Shown piece after piece: positions 46,289-58,960 of a stretch of 64,000 nt of DNA (positions are counted from its first letter, which is position 1; each line of letters opens with the position of its first letter). This DNA is from Tubiluchus corallicola (Eukaryota; Animalia; Priapulida): positions 58,002-122,001 of the forward strand of contig JAQGDQ010000636.1 of the NCBI GenBank assembly GCA_030141605.1. Direction: 5' to 3'. Made by a program: the position numbers and the translations under genes. The notes beneath the pieces were generated by a model. That model was not told where the DNA came from and searched no databases. It saw only the letters and a program-made list of their open reading frames with translations.

Positions 46289-48835
46289 TCAGAATTTGAA
46301 TTGAGAACATTTCTGATGTATCCCCACATAACTTTTCAAACTACAGGGAAGACTCCTGTAATCAACATTATTGGCAGCTATGATTCTTGCACAACAACAT
46401 TTCAAATCGAGTTTGCAAGCAAGAAAAGAATTCTCCATTTCATTTATAATTTCTTCCCCGATTTTAGTTAGGTCGCTAAGTGAACCAAGACGCTGCATGA
46501 GTTCTTCCAGCATCTCATAGTTAGTCATTCCATCATGTCCTTCAGCATCAAGGTGCAAACCATGCTCCAGGAACAACTTGTACGTTTGCATCAGCGCTGA
46601 ACTACACATGTGTGGTGCGTAAACACAGTTTAGGACTTTTTCAAAAAGAATGCCAAAAGCACTTTTTCCATCACTGGTAACTAAATTGATATCCAGCCCC
46701 CTTTGGTTTTTAAATAAAACTTCCAGCATGACATACAGGTCTTGCCAGTGCGGTATTCTGCTAAAGTACTTCTTCTTGCTAGTTAATGCATTCAAAACTA
46801 TACTGTATACAGTGTGCAGAGTTAATACATTCATAACTGGACTGTGTACAGTGCGCAGAGTTAAAACGTCAACAAAACGCGCCCCTTTATTGAGTAAGAA
46901 GTTTAAAAGATTGGCTTGTTGAAGCAGAGCTGCAAATATGCCTGTTTTCTCTTCTTTACTGCTCACTCCATTTTCGTTTAGTGAATGCTGAGATGACTGA
47001 CTTAGGATTCTTCCACTGTTTTCTCTTATTTGACTTGGCAATTTTGCTTGTGTTTTACTTTCAGAACTGAAAAAACACTTTGCGTTACTGCTCTGGTCTT
47101 CATCCTGGTTAGCCAGAAAATTTTTTACTTTAAAGTAAAAACTGACTGCAAAATCCTGCAGCGATTTCCCATTCACATCACAAAGATTTGCTCCTGCCAC
47201 TTTGTCAAAGTACATCAACATTATTATCTTAAGTGAAAGGCAAAATGTTGAATGCAAAGACTTATGTTCAGCTTGGTGAAACCCCGCAGTGATAAAGAAA
47301 CCATTTTCAGTTTTTAATTTACTTGCTTTTGTTTCATAATTTTGAGCATCTTCTGAATACAACAAATATTCGTCTTCTTTGCTTTCATCAAATACATGGA
47401 CACCTTTATCGGTGAGTAACTTTGCTATTATTTCCTGAGTGTTTTGAAGAATCAAATATGGTGAAGAATGCCTTTCATCATCTGCGTGTGTAATAATTAA
47501 TTGTGCCAACATTTCCGAATAGAAATCAAATGCTAACTCTGTTGGTGATAGAACTTCTGTGCTTTCCTGAATCCTACAGGTGTCTGTCTTAAATACTACA
47601 GATGTTGTTGTTTCAAGTGAATAACAAAGTTGGTGAAGAAGAGAGTGACTCTCATCAGCTACATCTTCAAATTTGTTATGTAATAATAGTTCTAGTATTG
47701 TCTTCAAAATTGCATAAACCGCAAAAAGCACATTTTTGTTTCTCTGGCCATTTAACAACAGTGTCATTAGAAGAAGAAAATTGAGAAATGCATGTTCCAC
47801 TGATGTTCCACACCCAACTATATCGTTAACATACGCACCATTGTTTATGAACAATTGTGTTATTGCTTGTAACATCAGAATATCGCTGTTTTCATTCATG
47901 AGAGGTTTAGATCGTTCAATGAAATCTTTTAGTAAATAGTGTAATTGTTCTTGGGCCTTACATAACGAATCAAAATTTACATTGGCACCACTATCAATTA
48001 ACAAGCTCACAATTTCTTCTTTGGACCAGAATATTGCAGAAGCTAATAGAGAATTCCCGTGTTTATCAACATTGTTTACATCGGCACGATTATCAATTAA
48101 CAACTTAACAATCTCTTCATTGGATCGCCTGACTGCCTCACCTAGTGGAGAACCCCCAGATTTATTAACCTGATTTACATTAGCGCCCTTGTCAATTAAC
48201 AACTTCACAATCTCTTCTTTAGACCAAAAGGCTGCATAAGACAGCGGAGAATCTCCAGGTTTATCAACCTCATTTACATTCGCACCACAATCAATTAATA
48301 ACTTCACAATCATTTCAGACTTAAGTGAAGTGGCTAAACAAAGAGGAGTTCTTCCATAACCATCAACCTGATTAATATCAGCACCTTCTTTGATTAACAA
48401 TTTCAAAACACTTTGGTAAGATCGACGTGCAGCAAGATGTAATGGAGATTCATTGTTAGCTCTTTGGGAAACCATATTAGCATTTACATCAGATCCATTA
48501 TTAAACAATAATTCCACCATAGCATGAACTGTTTTTTCATCTGTGTTTTCTGAACAGTCAAAGACAGCATGTATTGGTGATATTTTGACACGTTGAGATG
48601 CAGTAATTTCGGTGCAAGCATTCACACATGAACCGTAAGACAGAAGAAGTGAAGCCAAGTTCAGATTCACATTTTCACAAGCGTAATGTAGAGGTGTGTA
48701 TCCACGCTCATCAAGTGCATTAACGTCAGCACCTTTTTGAATAAGATCTTCAGCTAGTTTAGTATCTCCATTTTTCTTACAAACACTGTGTAGCAACGTA
48801 CGATCGCCTAGTTCACGTTGTCGATTAAATGCCAT
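46289..48835 (-). CDS. Ankyrin-repeat protein with FEM1-like C-terminal BC/VHL-type box (848 aa, intronless CDS)
   Basis: About 8-9 N-terminal ANK repeats (GYTPLHYAC, ESPLHLAA, GRTPLCLA, EIVKLLIDKGANVN), degenerate ANK repeats later, and C-terminus LDLKCCCARIIAANNVDYRSLPCSLKSYVGIH. Likely 5'UTR intron: acceptor at 48954-48956, donor at about 49735. Confidence 0.88.
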   Translation of the reverse strand: MAFNRQRELGDRTLLHSVCKKNGDTKLAEDLIQKGADVNALDERGYTPLHYACENVNLNLASLLLSYGSCVNACTEITASQRVKISPIHAVFDCSENTDEKTVHAMVELLFNNGSDVNANMVSQRANNESPLHLAARRSYQSVLKLLIKEGADINQVDGYGRTPLCLATSLKSEMIVKLLIDCGANVNEVDKPGDSPLSYAAFWSKEEIVKLLIDKGANVNQVNKSGGSPLGEAVRRSNEEIVKLLIDNRADVNNVDKHGNSLLASAIFWSKEEIVSLLIDSGANVNFDSLCKAQEQLHYLLKDFIERSKPLMNENSDILMLQAITQLFINNGAYVNDIVGCGTSVEHAFLNFLLLMTLLLNGQRNKNVLFAVYAILKTILELLLHNKFEDVADESHSLLHQLCYSLETTTSVVFKTDTCRIQESTEVLSPTELAFDFYSEMLAQLIITHADDERHSSPYLILQNTQEIIAKLLTDKGVHVFDESKEDEYLLYSEDAQNYETKASKLKTENGFFITAGFHQAEHKSLHSTFCLSLKIIMLMYFDKVAGANLCDVNGKSLQDFAVSFYFKVKNFLANQDEDQSSNAKCFFSSESKTQAKLPSQIRENSGRILSQSSQHSLNENGVSSKEEKTGIFAALLQQANLLNFLLNKGARFVDVLTLRTVHSPVMNVLTLHTVYSIVLNALTSKKKYFSRIPHWQDLYVMLEVLFKNQRGLDINLVTSDGKSAFGILFEKVLNCVYAPHMCSSALMQTYKLFLEHGLHLDAEGHDGMTNYEMLEELMQRLGSLSDLTKIGEEIINEMENSFLACKLDLKCCCARIIAANNVDYRSLPCSLKSYVGIHQKCSQFKF

Positions 48836-51414
48836 TCTCTTGATTCAACAAAAACTAATTATTGTATGAAATACTAGATTTTCATAATCCTTTTTAGATT
48901 GCTGTCTAATTTTGTACGTGTGGCATCTTTTGTTTTGGCACAGCAGCGACTTTCTGCAAAATTCAAACAGAAAAAATAAAATTGTTACCTGAAATATTAC
49001 TATTGTTTAGTTAGAAAGGAAATTTCTACTTACAACAAAAAATCTTTCATTCACGTTCAAGCTAAAAATGTCTATAAGATCTACTTTCTTTAGAAGGCCA
49101 CATTCTAGACACTATTTATGTAATCCTTTCATGCTCAGTGGTCAATTTCTGATTATTTTGCTTTCACTTTTGCATTTAGCTGTTTAGCATTGCCTTTTTA
49201 ATACATAGATAAAGCAATAACTCTCAGACTAAAGCCAAAATACACATGTTACTGGAATTAACTCACCCTCCACTTATTCTCTGAAGCTGCAACACAGGAA
49301 CTTATACTGCTGGATTAGAAAATTAGACAACATATTAATAAATTGATTTTGCTGCCAGAGAAAAGTACATCAAGTTTCTCAAAAAGATGTACAGACCTTA
49401 AGCGGTAGCCTAAATACCTCCTATTTACTTTACATACTTTTAGACTTTTAAATTAACTTATTACACAAAGCAATGAAAACAAAATTGCCCAAAAATATTA
49501 ATTCGATGCTTAATGCCAGAATTAAATGTGCTAAATAAGTAAAGGAACGTCGGCGTTATTAAGAATCAACTGCTAACGTTTTTTCCAGTAACATTGAATA
49601 ATGTTTCACTCCAAGTTTGCGTATGGACTGCATAAGATACATAAAGGCTAAAATTGTGTTCTTGCTTCCATGTGTGAGGCTCTACTAATAATTAGCTGAA
49701 ATAATTGTACAAGAAACTTTCAATTTTAATACTTACATTTTTGTTGTTTTCCTGGCACTCGTTCAAAATTTCTTCCTGATATTATAACAGAAAATTTTAC
49801 GCTTATTCCACTTTAGACGACGTTAGAGAACATTTTGCACCACCATTAAGTATCAAAGGTTGTTATTGACGTAAATGCAACGAGTTGTATCCGTCTGCTC
49901 TAGTTGAGTGGGAAGTTACGTGGTTGTGTAAATAAAGGCAGTAGAGAAAGTTTTATATAAGAGTAAAGTTCGGCTAACACGCCACTTAATGTTTGACATT
50001 TGCATTCCACCATTTGCTGTATATATATGATAATTATTGGATTTAAAATAAGATTTGTGACTTGTAAGCCAAAGTCGGCATTGTTAAACTACATTACGAT
50101 ACTTCAAAGTAGAAAGCAGCATAAATTTGGCCAAATGTCTATTTTTTATTTTTTCTGAAAACAAATGACCTGCCACATTTCATTACATTACATTGACACG
50201 TGTTTCTGCCTTGTCCATGTTTTGCTGTGCTTGGCTTAATTACCAGAATTTAAGCAGTTATATTCAGTATGAAGAAATGATTTAAAAAACTGTTCTAGTC
50301 TACATATGCATTTGCATGAGATTACACTGTATCACATTGTAATGATTCGTACTGAAGCTCTACACAGTGCAACTTAATTCATAGTAATGCAAAATTTACA
50401 TTGAACATCAGACGCCATTGCCATTGGTGGAATTTACTATTTACTGTGTAATTGTTGTATATATGTAAATGTTTTATGCTATGAATCTTTGAAATAAAAA
50501 TTTAATTAAAACAAATTAAATCAAATCAAAATGACTGTGCCGCGACTGTTTTGAGCCTATTGAAATCTCGAGCGCCATGAAAGCCTGGCTCAAACTCTTG
50601 GCTATTTTTATCCATTATCGGATACCAGTTAAAATAATTTGTTACCATCTGGTAGTGGTGTCACATTGTACACGTGGGTCCAAAAATGTCAGCATTTTAT
50701 CCTTCGTAAACTGGTCATGATCGTATTAAATACCTTTATTGCTTTAATAACACATTTTACAAACTGTGACATTGAAATTGCAACTGTACAATCAAGCATT
50801 TTCTATCTAAAATTTCGTTAAATAAACCGACAACATTTTGAAATTAATCTTATTGGAAAAAATTATTAAAAATTCGTTTTTATAATACCTTTAGCAGAAA
50901 GAAGGTCGCAGAAATTTTAGAGGGTGAAACCTTTACTTAAAAATTGTAACGTTTAAAGTACAGGTAGTAATATAGAAACTTTTTTATAATTTCGATAATG
51001 ACACTATGTGGAGTGTAGTAATTAAAATTATTCCTGTAGAATCATGCATTGAGGTTGTGCCTGCAATGACAGCATCATGTTCAATGTCATAGGCAGCCCG
51101 AGAAAGATCTTTCATGTTTTTAATCCAGTTCAAGTAATGTAGGACTCAGGGCCGGAACTAGATGTGGCAAGTGTGTGGGGGGGGGGGGCGCAAAAATTTT
51201 CTGGGGGAGGGGCGAGGTATCCGAAGTGGTTAAATAATGGTTAAGCCAATTATGTCCAATATCATTGGTCCTCCAGAATCCTCCTAAAAACAAATTGAAA
51301 CGCCTCATTAAGCACTTAATGCATTTACGAATTATCTCATCTAATGTTTAAAATGTTCAAACATTTCGTATTCAAACGTTTTATGTCTCAAGACATGTTG
51401 CATACTAGTAATTG

Positions 51415-51506
51415 ATGTTGTTGTTGTTGCTGCTGCCGTTGTTCTTGTTGTCGTTGTCGTTGTTGTTGTTGCTGTTATTGTTTTTTTGTTGTTGTTGCTG
51501 CTGCTG
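51415..51506. repeat. (GTT)n microsatellite, imperfect
   Basis: Direct reading. Confidence 0.85.
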
Positions 51507-51508
51507 TT

Positions 51509-51950
51509 AACAACAATAATCAGCAAGCAGCTTTAATCGCTATAATAAACGGACTTTAACGTAACCACCATACCAATTATTCTACTGCAAGAATTACGTT
51601 AAGAACGACCCCTACCTGCTAGCTTCATTGTGAACACTCAACCCTGCAATTTCCCGGGTCGCCATGACCCCTACCTACTAGTTTCATTGTGAAGACTGTA
51701 CCCTGCAATTTACCGGGTCGCCATGACCCCTACCTGCTAGTTTCATTGTGAACACTCTACCCTGCAATTTACTGGGTCGCCATGACCCCTACCTGCTAGT
51801 TTCATTGTGAAGACTGTACCCTGCAATTTACCGGGTCACCATGACCCCTACCTGCTAGTTTCATTGTGAACACTCTACCCTGCAATTTGCCGGGTCACCA
51901 TGACTCCTACCTGCTAGTTTCGTTGTGAACACTCTACCTTGCAATTTGCT
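51509..51950. repeat. Composite repeat B: same head and 59-bp minisatellite (about 6 copies) as 43517-44012, same orientation
   Basis: Near-identical head and repeat unit. Confidence 0.88.
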
Positions 51951-54900
51951 TGATATTTTTGAAATATTTCATTTCCAAGCTTTTTTACAATCTGAAAGAT
52001 AGGTCAGCATTATAAATTGTATCTTTCGGTGTTCCACAGGACTGGTCACCTATAGGTAATGAAATGTTTTCATTGTTCCTGTGCGTTTGCTTCAGCCAAG
52101 CTTTTATTATTTTAAATAAGAAAGTTTTTACATCACTGAGTTTACTAACCTTTTTCGTTTAAACCTGGAGCAACCATGGAAGACTGAACTGCTGCACACT
52201 GACATGTGTCAAAGTAGAACCAAGTGGCAAACAATAACAAACATCTAGCGTCAACACGCACTTTTGCATGCATTAATAGCAACATTGCTGAAAACGATAT
52301 GACAAAATAAACAATGGAGTGGCATAATAAATGAGGCATAATAATCTAAACAATATTGAGGCTCCTTCCCTCTCTGACAAATAAAACAATTGCGATAACC
52401 AGGCCAGATTATATAAAAAAGTTTTATCAACCCTGGTTAATATGCTTCTCCCAAATCACGACCTGATACTAGATCACTTTTACCTCTGCTCTTTGGTGGC
52501 AATAAGGTGTACATTTGCTTTAAATTTTTTAACATATAATGTGACATACAAAAGTTATCGTACTTACAGTTTGTGAACAGTAAAAGAATGCTAGCAAAAA
52601 TTGCACTATTTGATTCACTTTTGCTCCAACTGCCCATAGAACATTAATTTTTTAACTAAACAACTTAGCGTATGACGTCATAGCATTCAAAATGCATAAT
52701 ATTTAATTCCATTTTGTTACGGAACAGCTACTTGCAGCAATTTTGTTAAAATAAAATAGGCTTACCAAGCGTCTTGAAATATTTTAATTTTGATTAGTTT
52801 GTCCTATATTGTCCATTTTCTAAGTCGTTTTGGGCCAAAGAAAAGAGTATGTTGTTGAGCAGGTGGGGTTCTCTTTTTGGAATGATTCTGGCTACCAATA
52901 TGTACAAGCAGAGAACTCAGATTAGGGAATTGGCCTTAAGACTCCAGAGAGAACAGGTATAAATGTGGATGTAACAGGAAGCTGACCTTGAGCAAAACTT
53001 AATCTAACTATTGATACTCTATAGAAAATTATTGTGAACTTACAATGTCTATCTATGTATATAGTCTTGCTCTATTTATGTTATGTATATATGCCTTTCA
53101 AAAGTTAAATGTTCATTCTTTTCGAAAAACAGTTTGTATAAAGTTTAATTTTGTTCTACACTGCTGCACAAATAATGTTAGAAAAATTAGAAATTACTGC
53201 AGTAACAGACTTTTGCATTTCTTTCGTCTTATAAGATTTCTCTTTGCGTTTTACAATAAGTTCCTGTTTTTCTTCCATATTCAAAGTTTTTCGTAGAGCG
53301 TTTCTGGACCTGTTTTTCTCAATGGTGTCTGTAACTTCTACGACGAAATGTAAACACCTAGGAAAGGTATTTAGGCACTAAACAAGACATTCAATGAAGG
53401 AAGCTTCTGGCATCAGTGTATTTCTTGAAATTTAAAATAGTTTTCAAAACCAAAAATAACTAGACAAACTGTAAACTTGGAGTCATTACCACTTTCTCAC
53501 AGGAAACAAATAATGAGAAAAGCCTTGCAGTTTATTATTTTGATCCATTCTTAAATGAAATCTGATTTCCACAATTCATAATTATAAGGACGAAATCCAT
53601 AACATGCCATGTTAATCGTAACGGTATTACAACTATTAATAACGTTGATACACAAATAAGTAGAGGAGCATCTAACATTAGTTCAACAGGATCTGGTGCA
53701 ATGTTTGCTAGACTTGTGTAAATATTATACATATGTTGTGGCAAACTCTCCTCGGGCTTGCATGCATGGTGATGGGTTGTCATGTGACAGTGCTAAGTCA
53801 CGGATAGGTGACGGGTAGCTAGGCAACAGGTTGCTAGGCGAGTGGTTGCTAGGCATTAATAAATTCTGAACCAACTATGATGCTTGCTTCACCAAAATTT
53901 TGCTATTATATGTAATGAAATGCATAAAAATAATTAAACCACTAATGCTAATTAAACTGTTCTATGAAAATTAGATTTAACGTGCACTTTTATTATGATA
54001 AAAAATATTGAATTAATTTGACATTTTTATGGTTAAAGTTAACAATTCACACACACAAGAAATTAATTCGTATAGTGGATGAGGGTTGAGCTAGGACTAA
54101 GATTAGGGTATTTAAGTTGCGAAGGACAATGTAAACCCTTTCGTTTTAGTAAATAAATTCGTATAGGATAGCTAATTATCCATCTTTCTATAAAATTCAA
54201 AACTGCAAGCCTTAAAAGTAAATAAGCATTTTTTAGTTTCAAAGACGTTTATAGAGACCAGTTCTGCTGAGGAAACCGAAAGCAGTTATGGTTCTTGTAT
54301 GCTTTATATACACTCACGATGTATATATATATGATAAAACCATTTCAATATCTTTTCTGCCTTTACATATTTACCTTTTTTCTGCATCTCTTTCATCTTT
54401 TATTTAATTTATTTATCTAATCGCATTAATTAAATCTGTCTTAACACTTGATTAGGAAATAGTGATGTTAACACAGTACAACAATTCTAGCTAAATAAAA
54501 AAGTCAAACATCTAGTTGTCATCCATACATAAATTATATCATTGCTTTATTTTCCAGTTAACTTAAATAATTCGCCCTCAGCTTTCGAATTTCTATAATA
54601 TCCAGTGATCTCTGTTCAAAATTTTGGAAAAGGTAACCAGTAGATGAAACATGTCAAAGTAACAAACTGAATTACACTGAAAACTCTGTGTATATGGTAG
54701 CAAAAATTATAAGAAATTATACATAATTTATGCAGACAAACTACTGTGACATTAGCTATAAAAGGTCAACAATTTTATGCATGAATCGATTTTTAAAGAT
54801 AAATTACAGCAAATGCATTTACCAAATTATGAAAATAATTTTTCTGTTTCCACGTTCTCTTTTAGACATTTTTATGCGCAGTTCGATATGCATCTTTTAA

Positions 54901-55983
54901 TGCTTTCAGATATCAGTTTCTTATTACAGCATCCGTCTATGGGCCTATTTCATTTATTCTATGCAAACACTTTTTTCAGTTATATCTAGGACTCTGTTCT
55001 GTGGAGATTTCATCATCCTATTCTAATGCACAAAAATGCATACATTTTCAAGAACAAGAATATTGATGTTTTACAATTTTCTTTGAAAAATTACTGAAAA
55101 ACTAAACAAATATTGTTAAGGAACAAATAAAGGTGATAGCTGCACAAAATGCAAAATGGTATGATCCAATTTTTCAAAGAAGTGCAGTAACGTTGGCAGG
55201 ATGACGCCTGACTTAACTAACGAATTAACAAGCACATATACTGGATATAAGATAACTTCAATTTGATCATGCAGAGCCCATAGCAACTAGCATTTTTTCA
55301 ATACTACACCTGCCAACTACATTGAATTAACAGACATGACTTTTTTCAATATTAATCTGAATATCAAAGATACGTGTTACACATGTCAAGAGGAATCGCT
55401 GTTGTTGTTGGTATTAAACAAACATCTTCTTCATACATTAAATATTTCATTATCTTATTTGAGATATTACACCCTAATTTTTACCTACATTACACACGGT
55501 ACAGAAGATACGATAATACATAAACTTTAAAATTAAAAAGAAAAAAAAACATTTTACGGCGTTGTTACGCTCAATTTGAAACTTGAAAAACTGCAAGTAG
55601 CTCTGACCAAAATGCTTTACGCCACTTAGTAATATGCAAATAAAGCTGGAATAGCAATGTTAAGAGCAGACTTTTTTAAGTGCTAGATATATCTGAAAGA
55701 AGTTAACATTATCAAAGGCTTTAGCAGCATCAATAAAATACGAACTGAACTTTCTCCAACAGTATAATAATTAATTATCTATTTTAGTAAACAAATACAA
55801 AAGGTATTGTAGAATTATAGAAGTGAAGAATAATGATGCCATCAAAAATTACAATTAAAGCCATATCAGTAGTAAAGAGTGATATTTTACGCTTTTGTTA
55901 GTTTAAGGTAAGTTCATTTGAGCGTACGCATCTGGATATTCCCCGGATTTGCAGTCATGTTTACACACACAAGAGCAGCGTTA

Positions 55984-56136
<153 letters not shown>

Positions 56137-57250
56137 TTAACGATAATATGTCATAATTAACAACAGTAAAAATAATTAGTTGATTGGCTGTTTATAGTGA
56201 TTATTGGTGTTTTGGGAATGCCAAAAACTATGAAGTGTCTGATTATAAAACTACACGTTTATTAAGCATCAAACACAATAAATATAATAAATATAAAAAT
56301 TACTATGCCAAGCCCCTGATCTAGCCTCTCTGCTTTGGCTCCCAGACTCAATCTAATCTAAATCCCCATCGCAAGGGTCGCATCGCAAGGCTTATATCTC
56401 GTGCGCGGAGCTTCGACACCTCGATTCTGAATCACTTACTCACGTGACACCAAGCCTTAAGCGGCTTCATGCCAGCGTTCGTCAACATAATTATCTATCA
56501 TAATCTAATGCTTTTAACATAGTTTAACAGGTCATCTTTACCACTTAATCGTAGTAATTATTATTTTTCTGTTTTCAAGAATCATCAGTCCTTAGAGCGC
56601 AGAAATCTCCATTTATTTTCATCAGATGGCGCTATGATACAGATTCGCTATTAAGAATGTTTACAATAGATGTAAGCATAAAAGTTCTTCAAGTACACTA
56701 ATAAACGGTTGTGCTAAAAACATTACAGTTAAAATAAGTAACTGAGTTCAGCAGCCGAAACTTGACTCTCAAGTTCCACCTGACGACTCCAAAAACTTGT
56801 TTTTTCTCTTCCTTACTCCTTTCATAACATATTCCTTGAAAAATATTATAACTATACATATACAAAATTTCTCTCCATTAATACAAACTATTTTATGATT
56901 ATAATTACACTCCTATAAAAATAACCTACTCCCATGACCTTTCTCCAAACTGATATTTAGAGCTATGCTGTTCTTACTGACCTACCTAACTTTTCCTTTT
57001 TCACATTTATTACATAATTTGTTCCTCTCTAGTACAAACTACTTTACTAACAAATGCCAGGTGCCACTAGCTGGTCGGCCGCTGCCTAGCGATATGCTTC
57101 AGTACAACCTACAGACATGTGCTCGCACTCAGCACAACTGCTTTGGTTATCGCATTTCAAGGACCAATTTTTACATTGGTTTTCATAAAAAAAAGTCCAT
57201 CAAGTACAATAATAAACCGTTATGCTTGATAGTGCAGTAATGGTGGAATA

Positions 57251-58960
57251 GTGGGTGGAATAGTAATGATTGATAGCACAGTGGGTGGAATAGTAATGAT
57301 TGATAGCACCATGGGTGGAATAGTAATGATTGATAGCAACGTGGGTGGAATAGTAATGATTGATAGCATAGTGGGTGGAATAGTAATGATTGATAGCAAC
57401 GTGGGTGGAATAGTAATGATTGATAGCATAGTGGGTGGAATAGTAATGATTGATAGCATAGTGGGTGGAATAGTAATGATTGATAGCATAGTGGGTGGAA
57501 TAGTAATGATTGATAGCGTCGTGGGTGGAATAGTAATGATGGATAGCAACGTGGGTGGAATAGTAATGATTGATAGCATAGTGGGTGGAATAGTAATGAT
57601 TGATAGCATAGTGGGTGGAATAGTAATGATTGATAGCATAGTGGGTGGAATAGTAATGATTGATAGCGTCGTGGGTGGAATAGTAATGATGGATAGCAAC
57701 GTGGGTGGAATAGTAATGATTGATAGCATCGTGGGTGGAATAGTAATGATTGATAGCAACGTGGGTGGAATAGTAATGATTGATAGCATCGTGGGTGGAA
57801 TAGTAATGATTGATAGCATCGTGGGTGGAATAGTAATGATTGATAGCATAGTGGGTGGAATAGTAATGATTGACAGCATAGTGGGTGGAATAGTAATGAT
57901 TGATAGCATCGTGGGTGGAATAGTAATGATTGATAGCATAGTGGGTGGAATAGTAATGATTGATAGCATAGTGGGTGGAATAGTAATGATTGATAGCATC
58001 GTGGGTGGAATAGTAATGATTGATAGCATAGTGGGTGGAATAGTAATGATGGATAGCATCGTGGGTGGAATAGTAATGATTGATAGCAACGTGGGTGGAA
58101 TAGTAATGATTGATAGCATCGTGGGTGGAATAGTAATGATTGATAGCATAGTGGGTGGAATAGTAATGATTGATAGCAACGTGGGTGGAATATTAATGAT
58201 TGATAGCATTGTGGGTGGAATAGTAATGAATGATAGCATCGTGGGTGGAATAGTAATGATTGATAGCATAGTGGGTGGAATAGTAATGATTGACAGCATA
58301 GTGGGTGGAATAGTAATGATTGATAGCGTCGTGGGTGGAATAGTAATGATTGATAGCATCGTGGGTGGAATAGTAATGATTGATAGCATCGTGGGTGGAA
58401 TAGTAATGATTGATAGCATCGTGGGTGGAATAGTAATGATTGATAGCATCGTGGGTGGAATAGTAATGATTGATAGCACAGTGGGTGGAATAGTAATGAT
58501 TGATAGCATCGTGGGTGGAATAGTAATGATTGATAGCAACGTGGGTGGAATAGTAATGATTGATAGCACAGTGGGTGGAATAGTAATGATTGATAGCGTC
58601 GTGGGTGGAATAGTAATGAATGATAGCATCGTGGGTGGAATAGTAATGAATGATAGCATCGTGGGTGGAATAGTAATGATTGATAGCATCGTGGGTGGAA
58701 TAGTAATGATTGATAGCAACGTGGGTGGAATAGTAATGAATGATAGCATCGTGGGTGGAATAGTAATGATTGATAGCATCGTGGGTGGAATAGTAATGAA
58801 TGATAGCATCGTGGGTGGAATAGTAATGAATGATAGCATCGTGGGTGGAATAGTAATGATTAATAGCATCGTGGGTGGAATAGTAATGATTGATAGCAAG
58901 GTGGGTGGAATAGTAATGAATGATAGCGTCGTGGGTGGAATAGTAATGATTGATAGCGAC
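57251..58960. repeat. 30-bp minisatellite (gtgggtggaatagtaatgattgatagcatc), 57 copies
   Basis: Exact 30-nt periodicity; variation falls mostly in the last 3 nt of each unit. Confidence 0.97.

Noticed and set aside
46289-48835. Horizontal transfer of the ANK gene from an endosymbiont or giant virus
   Set aside because: Being intronless and ANK-rich is not diagnostic. A probable 5'UTR intron and a FEM1-like tail favour a host origin; only a phylogeny could test this.
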